This document shows positions 32,292 through 41,860 of a DNA stretch of 64,000 nucleotides, piece by piece (positions within the stretch are counted from its first letter, which is position 1; each line of letters begins with the position of its first letter). The translations under genes and the position numbers were made by a program. Source of the stretch: an uncultured Actinomycetes bacterium (GTDB lineage Bacteria > Actinomycetota > Thermoleophilia > Solirubrobacterales > Solirubrobacteraceae). The stretch is taken from positions 2,526,419 through 2,590,418 of the forward strand of contig OY969120.1 of the NCBI GenBank assembly GCA_963698095.1. The letters run 5' to 3'. A model generated the notes under the pieces. It worked only from the letters and a program-made list of their open reading frames with translations. It did no database searches and had not been told where the DNA came from.

Positions 32292-33070
32292 CGGCGGTTG
32301 CTCCCAACCTTCGGCACGCGGCCGCACCGCTCGATTGGGAAACCGAGGCGGCCTGGCGCGAGCGGCTCGCGCGCGATTTGCGACGCGCTGCCGCCAACCA
32401 GACCCCCGCGCAGCGTCGCATCACGGGCATCCTGCGCGCGCGCGCGCAGGACCTGGGTGCAGAGGCGTTTGCGCTCACCGGTTCGACCGCGCGCAGCCAG
32501 CGGACAGCGATCAGCGACCTCGACTACCACGTGATCGGCCCGCGCCCGTCTCGGTCGGGTCTCGCCGACGAGGTCGACATCGTCGCGACGGACGCCGGCA
32601 GATTCTGGGAGAAGCTCCGCGCCGGAGACGACTACGTCCAATGGACCCTGCGCTGCGGCTGCATTCTGTTCGACCGCACCGGGATCTTCCGCGACGGGCT
32701 GAGGGTTCTCGCGACGGAGCGCCTGTGGCCCGATCCGTCGCGCAAGCGCACTCGGCTGCCGTCGCATCGCAAGCACGCCGAGCGCTTGATCGATCTGGGC
32801 GACCGTGACGCGGCGCAGGAGCAGGTCCGCGCCGCGCTGACGTCCGCGGCTCGCGCGGTCCTGCTCGATGCGGGCGTCTTTCCCCTGTCGCGCACCGAGC
32901 TGCCGGCGCAGCTGCACGCGATCGGCCGGGTGCGACTGGCGTCTGCGCTGCGGGCGACGATAGACGACGACGCCCTCTCGCTCCCTCGACTCGCGGTAGA
33001 GCTCAAGGCGCTCGACGACGCGGCGCCCGCCACGATCGACATCGCGCGCTCGCTGCCTTCCCGCGCCTGA
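32288..33070 (+). CDS. Minimal nucleotidyltransferase fused to a C-terminal HEPN-like helical domain
   Basis: LTGSTAR-x7-DLD and a third Asp in DIV; C-terminal DRDAAQEQVRAALTSAARAVLL...FPLSRTEL; ATGA overlap with the HEPN gene. Confidence 0.7.
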   Translation: MTAVAPNLRHAAAPLDWETEAAWRERLARDLRRAAANQTPAQRRITGILRARAQDLGAEAFALTGSTARSQRTAISDLDYHVIGPRPSRSGLADEVDIVATDAGRFWEKLRAGDDYVQWTLRCGCILFDRTGIFRDGLRVLATERLWPDPSRKRTRLPSHRKHAERLIDLGDRDAAQEQVRAALTSAARAVLLDAGVFPLSRTELPAQLHAIGRVRLASALRATIDDDALSLPRLAVELKALDDAAPATIDIARSLPSRA

Positions 33071-33115
33071 CGGCGGCGCCGTAAGCGCAGCGACCCGCTG
33101 CTAGGTTCGATCGCA

Positions 33116-34390
33116 ATGGACGAGGCGATGGGGACGGCCGCGGGCGTGACCGCACACGAGGGCGTGACGGCGGCGCGAGCGTCCGCGGACGGCCTGCGCA
33201 GCCGCCGCGACATGGCGCTGCTCGTGCTCGCGATCCTGCTCGTCTCGCTCAACCTGCGCTCGGCGCTGACGGTCGTCGGGCCGCTGATCCGCGACCTGCG
33301 TGCGGGCGACGGGCTGTCGAGCACGGCCGCCGGCCTGCTCGCTGCCGCGCCGCTGCTGGCGTTCGGGCTGATCTCGCCGCTGGGCCCGCGGCTCGCCGCG
33401 CGCTTCGGGATCGAGCGCACGCTCGTCGGCTGCATGCTGCTGCTGACCGCGAGTCTCGCGCTGCGTCCGCTGCCGTCCGTCGTGCTGCTGTTCGCGGGCA
33501 CGCTCGCGGCAGGCGCTGGGATCGCCGTCGCGAACGTGCTGATGCCGGCGCTCGTGAAGCGGCGCTTCGGCGAGCAGGCGACGTTCGTGACCGGCGTCTA
33601 CTCGGTCGCGCTCGGGATCGGGGCGGCACTGGCGGCCGGCCTCGCGGTGCCGAGCGAGCGCTGGCTCGGCGGCTCGTGGCGCGCGGCGCTGGCGGTGTGG
33701 GCGACGCCGGCGCTGCTGGCGGCGATCGTGTGGCTGCCGCTGCTGCGCGAGACGCCGACGCGCGCCGCGGCCGCCGCGCGCGTGCGCGTGGACCTGTGGC
33801 GCGACCGCATCGCGTGGCGCGTGACGGCGTTCATGTCGATCCAGTCGATCCTCTTCTACTCGATGGTCGCGTGGCTGCCGGAGATCTACCGGCACGAGGG
33901 GATGAGCAAGGCGAGCGCCGGCGCGCTGCTGTCGCTCGCGCTGGTCGTCGGGATCCCGTTCGGCTTCGTCGTCGGCGCGATCGCCGGCCGCATGCGCGAC
34001 CAGCGCCCGATCGCGCTCGCCGCTGCGCTGCTCGTGATCGGCGGCTGGGTCGGCGTGCTTGCCGTGCCGCGCGCCGCGCCGTCGCTGTGGGCCTCGCTGC
34101 TGGGCATCGGCTTCGGCACCGGCTTCACGCTGATCCTCGCGCTGATGGTCCTCCGCGCGCACGACGCGCCGCACGCCGCGGCGCTGTCGGGGATGACGCA
34201 GTCGGTCGGCTACACGCTCGCCGCGCTCGGGCCGGTCGCCGTCGGCGCGCTGCACGACGCGACCGGCGGGTGGACGACGCCGCTCGTCGTGCTGCTCTCG
34301 CTCGCGGTGATCAACGTCGGTGTCTCGCTCGCCGCCAGCCGGCGCGGGTTCGTGCGCGGGCGCGACGTTCCGGTGGCCGCCGCGCGCTGA
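33116..34390 (+). CDS. CynX/NimT-family MFS transporter
   Basis: LNLRSALTVVGPL, NVLMPALVKRRF, AALSGMTQSVGYTLAALGP. Confidence 0.85.
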   Translation: MDEAMGTAAGVTAHEGVTAARASADGLRSRRDMALLVLAILLVSLNLRSALTVVGPLIRDLRAGDGLSSTAAGLLAAAPLLAFGLISPLGPRLAARFGIERTLVGCMLLLTASLALRPLPSVVLLFAGTLAAGAGIAVANVLMPALVKRRFGEQATFVTGVYSVALGIGAALAAGLAVPSERWLGGSWRAALAVWATPALLAAIVWLPLLRETPTRAAAAARVRVDLWRDRIAWRVTAFMSIQSILFYSMVAWLPEIYRHEGMSKASAGALLSLALVVGIPFGFVVGAIAGRMRDQRPIALAAALLVIGGWVGVLAVPRAAPSLWASLLGIGFGTGFTLILALMVLRAHDAPHAAALSGMTQSVGYTLAALGPVAVGALHDATGGWTTPLVVLLSLAVINVGVSLAASRRGFVRGRDVPVAAAR

Positions 34391-34420
34391 TCGCGCGCCC
34401 GCCGCGGCACACTTCACGCC

Positions 34421-35635
34421 ATGCCCGCACGCCTCCCCGACGGCGACCCCGCACCCGCCGACGGCGCGCTGCCCGCGAGCGCGCTCGCGGGTCTCGGCGA
34501 GCGGCCGTTCGCCGTCTACGTGCACGTGCCGTTCTGCGCGACGCGCTGCGGCTACTGCGACTTCAACACGTACACGGCGTCGGAGCTGGACGGCGGAGGG
34601 CGCTCGCGCGCGGGCTACGTCGCCGCCGTGCGCGCGGAGCTGGAGCTCTCGCGGCGCGTGCTGGGCGACACGGCTCCGCCGGTGGAGACGGTCTTCTTCG
34701 GCGGCGGGACGCCGACGCTGCTGGCGCCCGGCGAGCTGGTGGAGATCCTGGGGGCGATCGAGGACACGTTCGGGATCGCCCCCGGGGCCGAGGTGACGAC
34801 CGAGGCGAACCCGGAGAGCGTCGACGCCGCGGCGCTCGCGGCGCTGCGCGCAGCGGGCTTCACGCGCGTCTCGCTCGGGATGCAGAGCGCCGTGCCGCAC
34901 GTGCTCGCGACGCTCGAGCGCACGCACACGCCCGGCCGCGCGGCGGAGGCGGCGCGCGAGGCGCGCGCGGCCGGCTTCGAGCACGTCAGCCTCGACCTGA
35001 TCTACGGCACGCCGGGGGAGACGGACGACGACTGGCGCGCCTCGCTCGACGCCGCGCTCGCGGCCGCGCCGGACCACGTCTCCGCCTACGCGCTGATCGT
35101 CGAGCCGGGCACGCGGCTGGCGGCGCAGGTCCGCCGCGGCGCGCTGCCCGCGCCAGACGACGATGCGCTCGCCGACCGCTACGAAATCGCCGACGCGGCG
35201 CTGTCGGCCGCCGGACTGGAGTGGTACGAGGTCTCGAACTGGGCGGCGGGCACGGGCGCGGCCTGCCGCCACAACCTCGGCTACTGGCGCGGCGGCGACT
35301 GGTGGGGCGTGGGACCAGGAGCGCACAGCCACGTCGGCGGCGTGCGCTGGTGGAACGTGCTGCATCCCTCCGCGTACGCCGATCGCCTCGACGCCGGAGC
35401 GTCGCCCGCCGCAGGCCGCGAGCTGCTCGACGACGACACCCGCCGCGTCGAGCGCGTGATGCTCGAGCTGCGCCTCGCCGATGGCCTGCCGCTCGACGTG
35501 CTCGACGCCGCCGGTCGCGCAGCCGCCCGGCAAGCCGCCGACGACGGCCTCGCCACGCTGGCCGGCGACCGCCTCCGCCTCACCCTCCGCGGCCGCCTGC
35601 TCGCCGACGCCGTCGTCCGCGCGCTGCTCGGCTGA
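34421..35635 (+). CDS. hemW: Radical SAM heme chaperone HemW
   Basis: HVPFCATRCGYCDFNTY, FFGGGTPT, TTEANPES, YEVSNWA, HNLGYW. Confidence 0.9.
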   Translation: MPARLPDGDPAPADGALPASALAGLGERPFAVYVHVPFCATRCGYCDFNTYTASELDGGGRSRAGYVAAVRAELELSRRVLGDTAPPVETVFFGGGTPTLLAPGELVEILGAIEDTFGIAPGAEVTTEANPESVDAAALAALRAAGFTRVSLGMQSAVPHVLATLERTHTPGRAAEAAREARAAGFEHVSLDLIYGTPGETDDDWRASLDAALAAAPDHVSAYALIVEPGTRLAAQVRRGALPAPDDDALADRYEIADAALSAAGLEWYEVSNWAAGTGAACRHNLGYWRGGDWWGVGPGAHSHVGGVRWWNVLHPSAYADRLDAGASPAAGRELLDDDTRRVERVMLELRLADGLPLDVLDAAGRAAARQAADDGLATLAGDRLRLTLRGRLLADAVVRALLG

Positions 35636-35642
35636 ACTGGTG

Positions 35643-35690
35643 TTTCGCGCTCCGGCGACCGCGAGCGGTGGCCTGCGCGCGACGTCACAC
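35643..35690. repeat. REP-like palindromic repeat, copy 2
   Basis: 40/48 identical to 81-128; hairpin GGCGACCGC-GA-GCGGTGGCC. Confidence 0.7.
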
Positions 35691-36353
35691 CGCCCGCCGC
35701 CGCACCTCGTACGTGCACGCGTGCGCGCCGGTGAGGATGTGGGAGACGCGGGTGACGTCGGCGTCGGGGAGGACCTCGCGCAGGAAGGCGATCTCGCTGC
35801 CGCAGGCGTGGCCGTAGCGCTCGGCGACGGCGAGGATCGCGCAGTTGTGCTCGAGGATCCGCCAGCCGCCGTCGCCGTCGCGGTCGTCCAGCCGCTCGAC
35901 CTCCGCCAGGTAGCCGTCCTCGTCGAGGACGCGCGCGACCTCCGCCACGCGCGCGTCGAAGTCGAGCCCGGCGAGCCGGTCGCGCGTGCGCTCCACGCGC
36001 GCGCGGCGGCGCCGCTCGAACGCGCGCGCCACCAGCCCGGCGTCCTCGTCGCCGATGTAGTCGAGCAGCTCGACCGTCAGCTCCCCGTAGGAGCGGGGGA
36101 ACAGCGCGTCGGCGGCGGGGGCGAGGCGGTAGACGTGGCGCGGCCGGCCCGGCCCGGCGCGCTCCTCGCGGTGGACGACGAGGTCGGCGGCGGCGAGGCC
36201 CTGGAGGTGCTGGCGCACCGCGCTGACCGTGATGTCGAGCTGCTCGGCGAGCTCCTCCGCGCGTGCCTCGCCCTGCTTGCGCAGGTTCACCAGCAGCTCT
36301 CGGCGGGTAGCCGGCAGCTCGGCGAGCGCCGGACCGAGGTGGCGTGCCATCAT
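35685..36353 (-). CDS. SufR-like wHTH metalloregulator (putative Fe-S sensor)
   Basis: N-terminal HTH ([22 protein letters not shown]); C-terminal HNC, ACGSE, ACTY Cys/Glu pattern. Confidence 0.75.
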   Translation of the reverse strand: MMARHLGPALAELPATRRELLVNLRKQGEARAEELAEQLDITVSAVRQHLQGLAAADLVVHREERAGPGRPRHVYRLAPAADALFPRSYGELTVELLDYIGDEDAGLVARAFERRRRARVERTRDRLAGLDFDARVAEVARVLDEDGYLAEVERLDDRDGDGGWRILEHNCAILAVAERYGHACGSEIAFLREVLPDADVTRVSHILTGAHACTYEVRRRAV

Positions 36354-36409
36354 GTTTGAAACAGTACCGCCTGTCTATATCTGCAAGCCAAAGCCGAAAG
36401 GGCGACCGC

Positions 36410-37012
36410 ATGGCCTACGAGCTGCCGGACCTGCCGTACGCGTATGACGCGCTCGAGCCGCACATCGACGCCGAGACGATGCGGTTCCACCACGACAAGC
36501 ACCACGCGACCTACGTGAGCAGAGCCAACGAGCTGCTCGAGGGCACGGAGTGGGCCGACAAGCCGGTCGAGGAGGTCCTCAAGAACCTCGGCAGCCTCGG
36601 CGACAAGGAGGCGGGCGTCCGCAACAACGCCGGCGGCCACTACAACCACTCGCTCTTCTGGACGAGCATGTCGCCGAACGGCGGCGGCGCCCCCTCCGGC
36701 GACCTCGCCGCGGCGATCGACGCCGCGTTCGGCTCGTTCGACGAGCTGAAGGCCGCGATCAGAGCGAGAGGCCTCGCGCAGTTCGGCTCCGGCTGGTCGT
36801 GGCTCGTGCTCGACGGCGGCACGCTCAAGGTCGAGGGCTCGGCCAACCAGGACAACCCGATCTCCCAGGGCAAGGCGCCGCTGCTCGGCGTCGACGTGTG
36901 GGAGCACGCCTACTACCTCAAGTACCAGAACCTCCGTCCCGCCTACATCGACGCGTGGTTCAACGTCGTCGACTGGGACGTCGTCGCGCAGCGCTTCGCT
37001 GCCGCCGCCTAG
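36410..37012 (+). CDS. sodA: Fe/Mn superoxide dismutase
   Basis: [32 protein letters not shown]. Confidence 0.95.
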   Translation: MAYELPDLPYAYDALEPHIDAETMRFHHDKHHATYVSRANELLEGTEWADKPVEEVLKNLGSLGDKEAGVRNNAGGHYNHSLFWTSMSPNGGGAPSGDLAAAIDAAFGSFDELKAAIRARGLAQFGSGWSWLVLDGGTLKVEGSANQDNPISQGKAPLLGVDVWEHAYYLKYQNLRPAYIDAWFNVVDWDVVAQRFAAAA

Positions 37013-37016
37013 CGCC

Positions 37017-37280
37017 ATGGCCTACGTCATCGCCGAGCCGTGCATCGGGCAGAAGGACGCCTCGTGCGTCGAGGTCTGCCCGGTGGACTGCATCCACCCG
37101 ACGCCTGACGAGGACGGCTTCGACGCCGCCAAGCAGCTGTTCATCGACCCGGAGGAGTGCATCGACTGCGACGCGTGCGTCGAGGCCTGCCCGGTCGACG
37201 CGGTCTTCCCGGAGGACCTGCTCCCCGAGCAGTGGGCGGACTACGCCCAGAAGAACGCGGAGCACTTCGCGAACGCCTGA
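37017..37280 (+). CDS. 7Fe-type (3Fe-4S/4Fe-4S) ferredoxin
   Basis: EPCIGQKDASCVEVCPVDCI and CIDCDACVEACP. Confidence 0.9.
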   Translation: MAYVIAEPCIGQKDASCVEVCPVDCIHPTPDEDGFDAAKQLFIDPEECIDCDACVEACPVDAVFPEDLLPEQWADYAQKNAEHFANA

Positions 37281-37285
37281 GCGCA

Positions 37286-37319
37286 TGTGACGTCGCGCGC
37301 CTCGGCGCGCGACGTCACA
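37286..37319. terminator. 16-bp perfect stem hairpin between convergent genes, built from the REP-like tag
   Basis: TGTGACGTCGCGCGCC-tc-GGCGCGCGACGTCACA. Confidence 0.65.
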
Positions 37320-37878
37320 CCGGCGTGCGCTCCTCCTCGAGCATCGCGCGCAGGTGGCGCAGCGCGCTCGCGGTGCGGGACTTGACCGTCCCCAGGGGGA
37401 TGCCGGTGTGCGCCGAGATCTGCCGCTGGCTGAGGCCGATGTGCCAGCGCAGTCGCACGACCTCCGCCTCGCCGGGCGAGAGCCGCTGCATGAGCTGCTC
37501 GAGCGTCACGCGGTCGACGAGCTGCGCGACCGGCTCGGACGCGCCGCCGAGCTCGCGCCCGTCGGCGTACGCGGACGGGTCGTACGGCTCGGGCACGCGG
37601 TGGCGCAGATGGTCGATGGCGCGCGAGCGGGCGATCGTCGCAAGCCACGTGCGCAGCGAGGCGCGTGCGGGGTCGAACGAGCGGCCGCGCTGCCACGCCT
37701 CCAACAGCACCTGCTGGTAGACGTCCTCGGCGGCCCCGCGGTCGCGGATCGCGTCGTGCAGGAGCGCGAACGCGCCGGGTCCGTACTCCGCGTAGAGCGC
37801 TCGGACCGCATCCGGGTCCCGCCGGCGCAGGCCGGCGGCGATGCGAAGCTCGGTGGAGGAGGGGGTGGAACGTCGCAT
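37315..37878 (-). CDS. ECF RNA polymerase sigma factor (SigK-like)
   Basis: AEDVYQQVLLEAW, WLATIARSRAIDHLR, IPLGTVKSR. Confidence 0.85.
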   Translation of the reverse strand: MRRSTPSSTELRIAAGLRRRDPDAVRALYAEYGPGAFALLHDAIRDRGAAEDVYQQVLLEAWQRGRSFDPARASLRTWLATIARSRAIDHLRHRVPEPYDPSAYADGRELGGASEPVAQLVDRVTLEQLMQRLSPGEAEVVRLRWHIGLSQRQISAHTGIPLGTVKSRTASALRHLRAMLEEERTPV

Positions 37879-38094
37879 CGGCGCTCACCCACTGTCGCAT
37901 GCCCATGCAGCGCCGCAGGTATGGCGACGGTAGGAGTTTCTTGGGTACGGATGCGTTCCCAAAGGACGCATTCCCACCGCTCAACGCAATCGATAATAGT
38001 GCGATGCCCGGTATAGACAGGGGAAACGGGATTGTTTCCTCGGGGCTGCTGGCCAGGTGGGGCACAGCCGACCGCACGGTCGGAAGATGAGCGC

Positions 38095-39093
38095 CTACGC
38101 GCCAGGATCGCTTGCGCGCGTCTCTCGCTGCAGCAGCAGGAAGGCCGCGCCGCCGTACAGCGTACGAATCCAGAACATCAGCGCGTGGTAGACGAGCACC
38201 GCGGCGGCCGCCGTCGCGGCCGGCGCGCCGTACACGAGCAGCATCCCGATCATGCCGCCGTCGAGCGCCCCGATCCCGCCCGGGACCGGCACCCAGGTGG
38301 CGAGCTGGGCGACCTGGTAGCTGAGCGACAGCGACGCCCACGCGATCCCGTCGCCGATCCCCTGCGCGCAGGCCCACAGCACGCCGATGTCGCACACGAG
38401 GTACATGAACGCGCCGAGCAGGCCCCAGCTCGGGCGGAACGTCAGGCGGACGGTCTCCGTCAGCGCGCTCGAGTAGCTCGCGAGCGTCGCCGACAGGCGC
38501 GGGCCGGCGTGCGGCGCGAGCACGCGGGCGAGCGGTCCCGCGGCCAGCGCGAGCACGAGCACGGCCGCGACGACCGCGGCCGGGACGAGCCACAGCGTCA
38601 GGTCGCCCGGGCCGGACAGCAGGCCGATCCCGAGCGCGAGCGCGGTGCCCAGCAGCACGAGCGCGTTGACGCCGCTCGTCAGCAGGTAGAGGACGGTCGA
38701 GCGCTCGGCCAGCTCGCGCACGCCCATCCCCTCGCGCCGCAGCACCCAGGCGCCGAACGCGAGCCCGCCGACGCCGCCGAACGGCAGCGCCGCGCCGAAC
38801 GCGAGCTGCGCGGCGGCGAGCCGGTTCGCGAGCCGCGGCGCCACGCCAGGGAACGTGAGCCGGAAGACGAGCACGTAGCCGAGGCACGACAGCAGCTCGA
38901 GCGCGACGGCGAGCGCGAGCCAGCGCACGTCCATGTGCGTGATGCGGTGGCCGACCTGGCGCAGGTCCGGCACCGCGAACAGCAGCGCGACGACGAGCGC
39001 GCACGCCGCCACGACCCACACGATCGCGGTGCGCAGGCGCCGCGCGGCGGGCGCCGCGCCCGCCGGCTCAGGGCTGACGGGCGGCGGCGGCAA
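38095..39093 (-). CDS. Lysylphosphatidylglycerol synthase TM-domain (flippase-like) protein
   Basis: Multi-TM; PVPGGIGALDGGMIGML, AVLVYHALMFW; start uncertain. Confidence 0.75.
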   Translation of the reverse strand: MPPPPVSPEPAGAAPAARRLRTAIVWVVAACALVVALLFAVPDLRQVGHRITHMDVRWLALAVALELLSCLGYVLVFRLTFPGVAPRLANRLAAAQLAFGAALPFGGVGGLAFGAWVLRREGMGVRELAERSTVLYLLTSGVNALVLLGTALALGIGLLSGPGDLTLWLVPAAVVAAVLVLALAAGPLARVLAPHAGPRLSATLASYSSALTETVRLTFRPSWGLLGAFMYLVCDIGVLWACAQGIGDGIAWASLSLSYQVAQLATWVPVPGGIGALDGGMIGMLLVYGAPAATAAAAVLVYHALMFWIRTLYGGAAFLLLQRETRASDPGA

Positions 39094-39602
39094 GCTCTTC
39101 GAGCATCTCGATCATCTTGCGGTGGTAGGCGACGCCGGCGACGAGCGAGCGCTCCGGCCCGGCCGGCCCGCCGGCCTCGCGCAGCAGCGCGAGATAGGTT
39201 CTCCAGCTCGGCGAGCTTCGCCTCGTGCCAGGCGCGTCGCGCCGGCAGCAGCGGCTCCGGGTCTGCCCCCGCGAAGACCTTCAGCATCACCTCGTCGCGC
39301 AGTTGGGGCGGTGCGGCGACGGGCTCGGCGATCCACGCGTGCAGCGCCTCGCGGCCGAGGTCGGTGAGCGAGTAGAGCTTGCGACGGCGGCCGCCGGGCT
39401 CCTGGCGCACCGTCAGGTAGCCGCCGCTCGCGAGCCGCGCCGGCTCGTCGTAGGCGGTCGTGTGGGGGACCTGCCAGAAGTTCTCGATCGAGTGCTCGAT
39501 CGCCTGCTTGAGGTCGTACGAGGTCGCCTCGCCGATGTGCTCGAAGAGGGCGAGCACGGCGTAGGAGGTCTGCGTCAGACGTATCGGCTTGCGTTTCATC
39601 AT
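39068..39602 (-). CDS. PadR-family regulator, apparent 1-bp insertion near 39198
   Basis: SYDLKQAI, FWQVPHTTAYDEPARL, RRKLYSLTDLGREAL; removing one base gives YLALLREAGG...ELAAAARQP* ending at 39068. Confidence 0.8.
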
Positions 39603-39661
39603 GCGCCTCGTATAGTACGCCCCGAATGGTCATCCGCCCGTCGACGACGCAGGGGGTCGAG

Positions 39662-40993
39662 ATGCAGGACGCGAACCATGGACACGGCATCATCTCCGCT
39701 GGGGCGGACTACGACGCGGTCGTCGTCGGCGCGAGCCTCGCCGGCTGCACGACCGCGATGATGCTCGGCAGAGCCGGCGCGCGCGTCGCGCTCGTCGAGA
39801 AGCAGCCGGATCCGCGCGCCTTCAAGCGCATCTGCTCGCACTTCGTCCAGTCCTCGGCGGTCCCGACGCTCGAGCGCGTCGGGCTGCTGGAGCCGATCCT
39901 CGCGGCCGGCGGCGTGCGCACCCACCTGCGCGCATGGACCCATTGGGGCTGGGTCGCTGCGTCCCACGACCGCGTGCCGGCGGGACTCAACCTGCGGCGC
40001 GAGAAGCTCGACCCGCTGGTGCGCGAGGCGGCGGCCGCGACGCCGGGCGTCGATCTGCTGCTCGGCCAGTCGGTGGAGCGGCTCGTGCAGGACGGTGGCG
40101 CCGTGCGCGGCGTCGTCGCGAGAGACCGCAGCGGCACCGAGACGGAGCTGCGCGCGCGCCTGGTGGTCGGCGCCGACGGGCGCGACTCGCGCGTCGCCGC
40201 GCTGGCCGGCGTGCCGGAGAAGCGCACGCCCCACGGGCGCTTCGCCTACGGCGGCTACTTCGAGGGGCCGCTGCCGAAGTGGGGCATGGACGGCACGATC
40301 TGGATGCTCGACCCGCAGTGGGCGGCCGCCTTCCCGACCGACGACGGCCTGGTCTTCTACGCCGCGATGGGCACGAAGGACCGCCTGCCCGAGTTCAAGG
40401 CCGACCCCGAGGCGGCGCTGCGCAAGTGGGTCGCCGACGTGCCGGAGGCGCCGCCGATCGCCGCGTCGGCGCTCGTCGGCGAGGTGATGGGGAAGATCGA
40501 CATGGAGAACCGCCTGCGCCAGCCGACGGCTCCGGGCCTCGCGCTCGTCGGCGACGCGGCGCTCGCGATCGACCCGCTGTTCGGCGTCGGCTGCGGCTTC
40601 GCGTTCCAGACGGCCGAGTGGCTGTGCGACAGCGTCACGCCGGCGCTGCTGCGCGGCGAGCCGCTCGACGAGAGCCTCGAGCGCTACCGGCGCCGCCACC
40701 GGCGCGGCCTGCGCGGACACGCGCTGCAGATGTCCGACTCGTCGACCGGCCGGAAGCTGAACGCCGGCGAGCGGCTGGTCTTCTCCGCCAGCGCGCGCGA
40801 CGCGAAGCTCGCAGAGCAGTTCGACGCCTTCGGCTCGCGGCGGATCACGCCGGAGCAGGCGCTTGCGCGCACGCTCCCGCGCGCGCTCGTCGTCAACGCG
40901 CGCCACGCGCTGCGCCGCCGCTCGGCGGACACGACGGCGGCCGGCAGCGCCGCCCCGGCGCGCGAGCGCGAGCGCGAGGAGGCAGCGGCGTGA
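39662..40993 (+). CDS. NAD(P)/FAD-dependent oxidoreductase
   Basis: VVVGASLAG, LVVGADGRDS, ALVGDAALAIDPLFGVG. Confidence 0.85.
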   Translation: MQDANHGHGIISAGADYDAVVVGASLAGCTTAMMLGRAGARVALVEKQPDPRAFKRICSHFVQSSAVPTLERVGLLEPILAAGGVRTHLRAWTHWGWVAASHDRVPAGLNLRREKLDPLVREAAAATPGVDLLLGQSVERLVQDGGAVRGVVARDRSGTETELRARLVVGADGRDSRVAALAGVPEKRTPHGRFAYGGYFEGPLPKWGMDGTIWMLDPQWAAAFPTDDGLVFYAAMGTKDRLPEFKADPEAALRKWVADVPEAPPIAASALVGEVMGKIDMENRLRQPTAPGLALVGDAALAIDPLFGVGCGFAFQTAEWLCDSVTPALLRGEPLDESLERYRRRHRRGLRGHALQMSDSSTGRKLNAGERLVFSASARDAKLAEQFDAFGSRRITPEQALARTLPRALVVNARHALRRRSADTTAAGSAAPAREREREEAAA

Positions 40994-41847
40994 GTGCCGC
41001 CGCGGGGCTCCGCCGCACGCGCGTGCGCGCCGGCGGCACGCAGGCGCGCCTGCTGGAGGCCGGCCCGGAGGGCGCGAGCGAGGCGGTCGTGTTCGTCCAC
41101 GGCAACCCCGGCTCGTGCGACGACTGGGCCCGCCTCGTGGCCGCGGTCGGCGCGAGCGGCGTGCGCGCGGTCGCGCTCGACCTGCCGGACTTCGGCGAGA
41201 CGATCGCGCCGCCGGGCTTCGTCCACGACGTGCCGACCTACGCCGGCTTCCTCGACGAGGCGCTCGGCGTGCTCGGGGTCGAGCGGGTCCACCTCGCGAT
41301 CCACGACTTCGGCGGGCCGATCGGGCTCGTGTGGGCGGCGATGCACGTCGACCGCGTCGCGAGCGTGACGCTGATCGACACGGGGATCCTCCCGGGCTAC
41401 AGATGGCACAGACTCGCGCGCGTCTGGCGCACGCCGGTGCTGGGGGAGATCTTCCAGGCGATCTCGCCGCCGTGGATGATCCGGCGCATGCTCCCGCGCG
41501 AGGAGCCGCGCGGGCTGCCGCGCGAGTTCCTCGAGTCGATCCACTACAGCCGCCGCACGCGCAGAGCGGTGCTCGCGCTCTACCGCGCGACCGACGACCC
41601 GGGCGCCGCGGCGAGAGAGTTCGCCGTGTACATGGCGTCGCAGGACGTCCCGGCGCTCGTGATCTGGGGCGAGCACGACGCGTACCTGCCGTCCTCGTAT
41701 GCGGCGGTCCAGCGCGACGCCTTCCCCTCGGCCGACGTGCACGTGCTGCCGGCGAGCGGGCACTGGCCGTTCGCCGACGCGCCGGAGACGGTCGAGCGGC
41801 TGCTGGTGGAGTTCGTCGGGAAGGTGGCGGCGCCGGCCGCCGCCTGA
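40990..41847 (+). CDS. Alpha/beta-fold hydrolase
   Basis: FVHGNP, HDFGG nucleophile (Asp), LVIWGEHD, SGHWP; GTGA overlap with the oxidoreductase. Confidence 0.85.
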   Translation: MSAAAGLRRTRVRAGGTQARLLEAGPEGASEAVVFVHGNPGSCDDWARLVAAVGASGVRAVALDLPDFGETIAPPGFVHDVPTYAGFLDEALGVLGVERVHLAIHDFGGPIGLVWAAMHVDRVASVTLIDTGILPGYRWHRLARVWRTPVLGEIFQAISPPWMIRRMLPREEPRGLPREFLESIHYSRRTRRAVLALYRATDDPGAAAREFAVYMASQDVPALVIWGEHDAYLPSSYAAVQRDAFPSADVHVLPASGHWPFADAPETVERLLVEFVGKVAAPAAA

Positions 41848-41860
41848 CGCGCGCGGCGGT

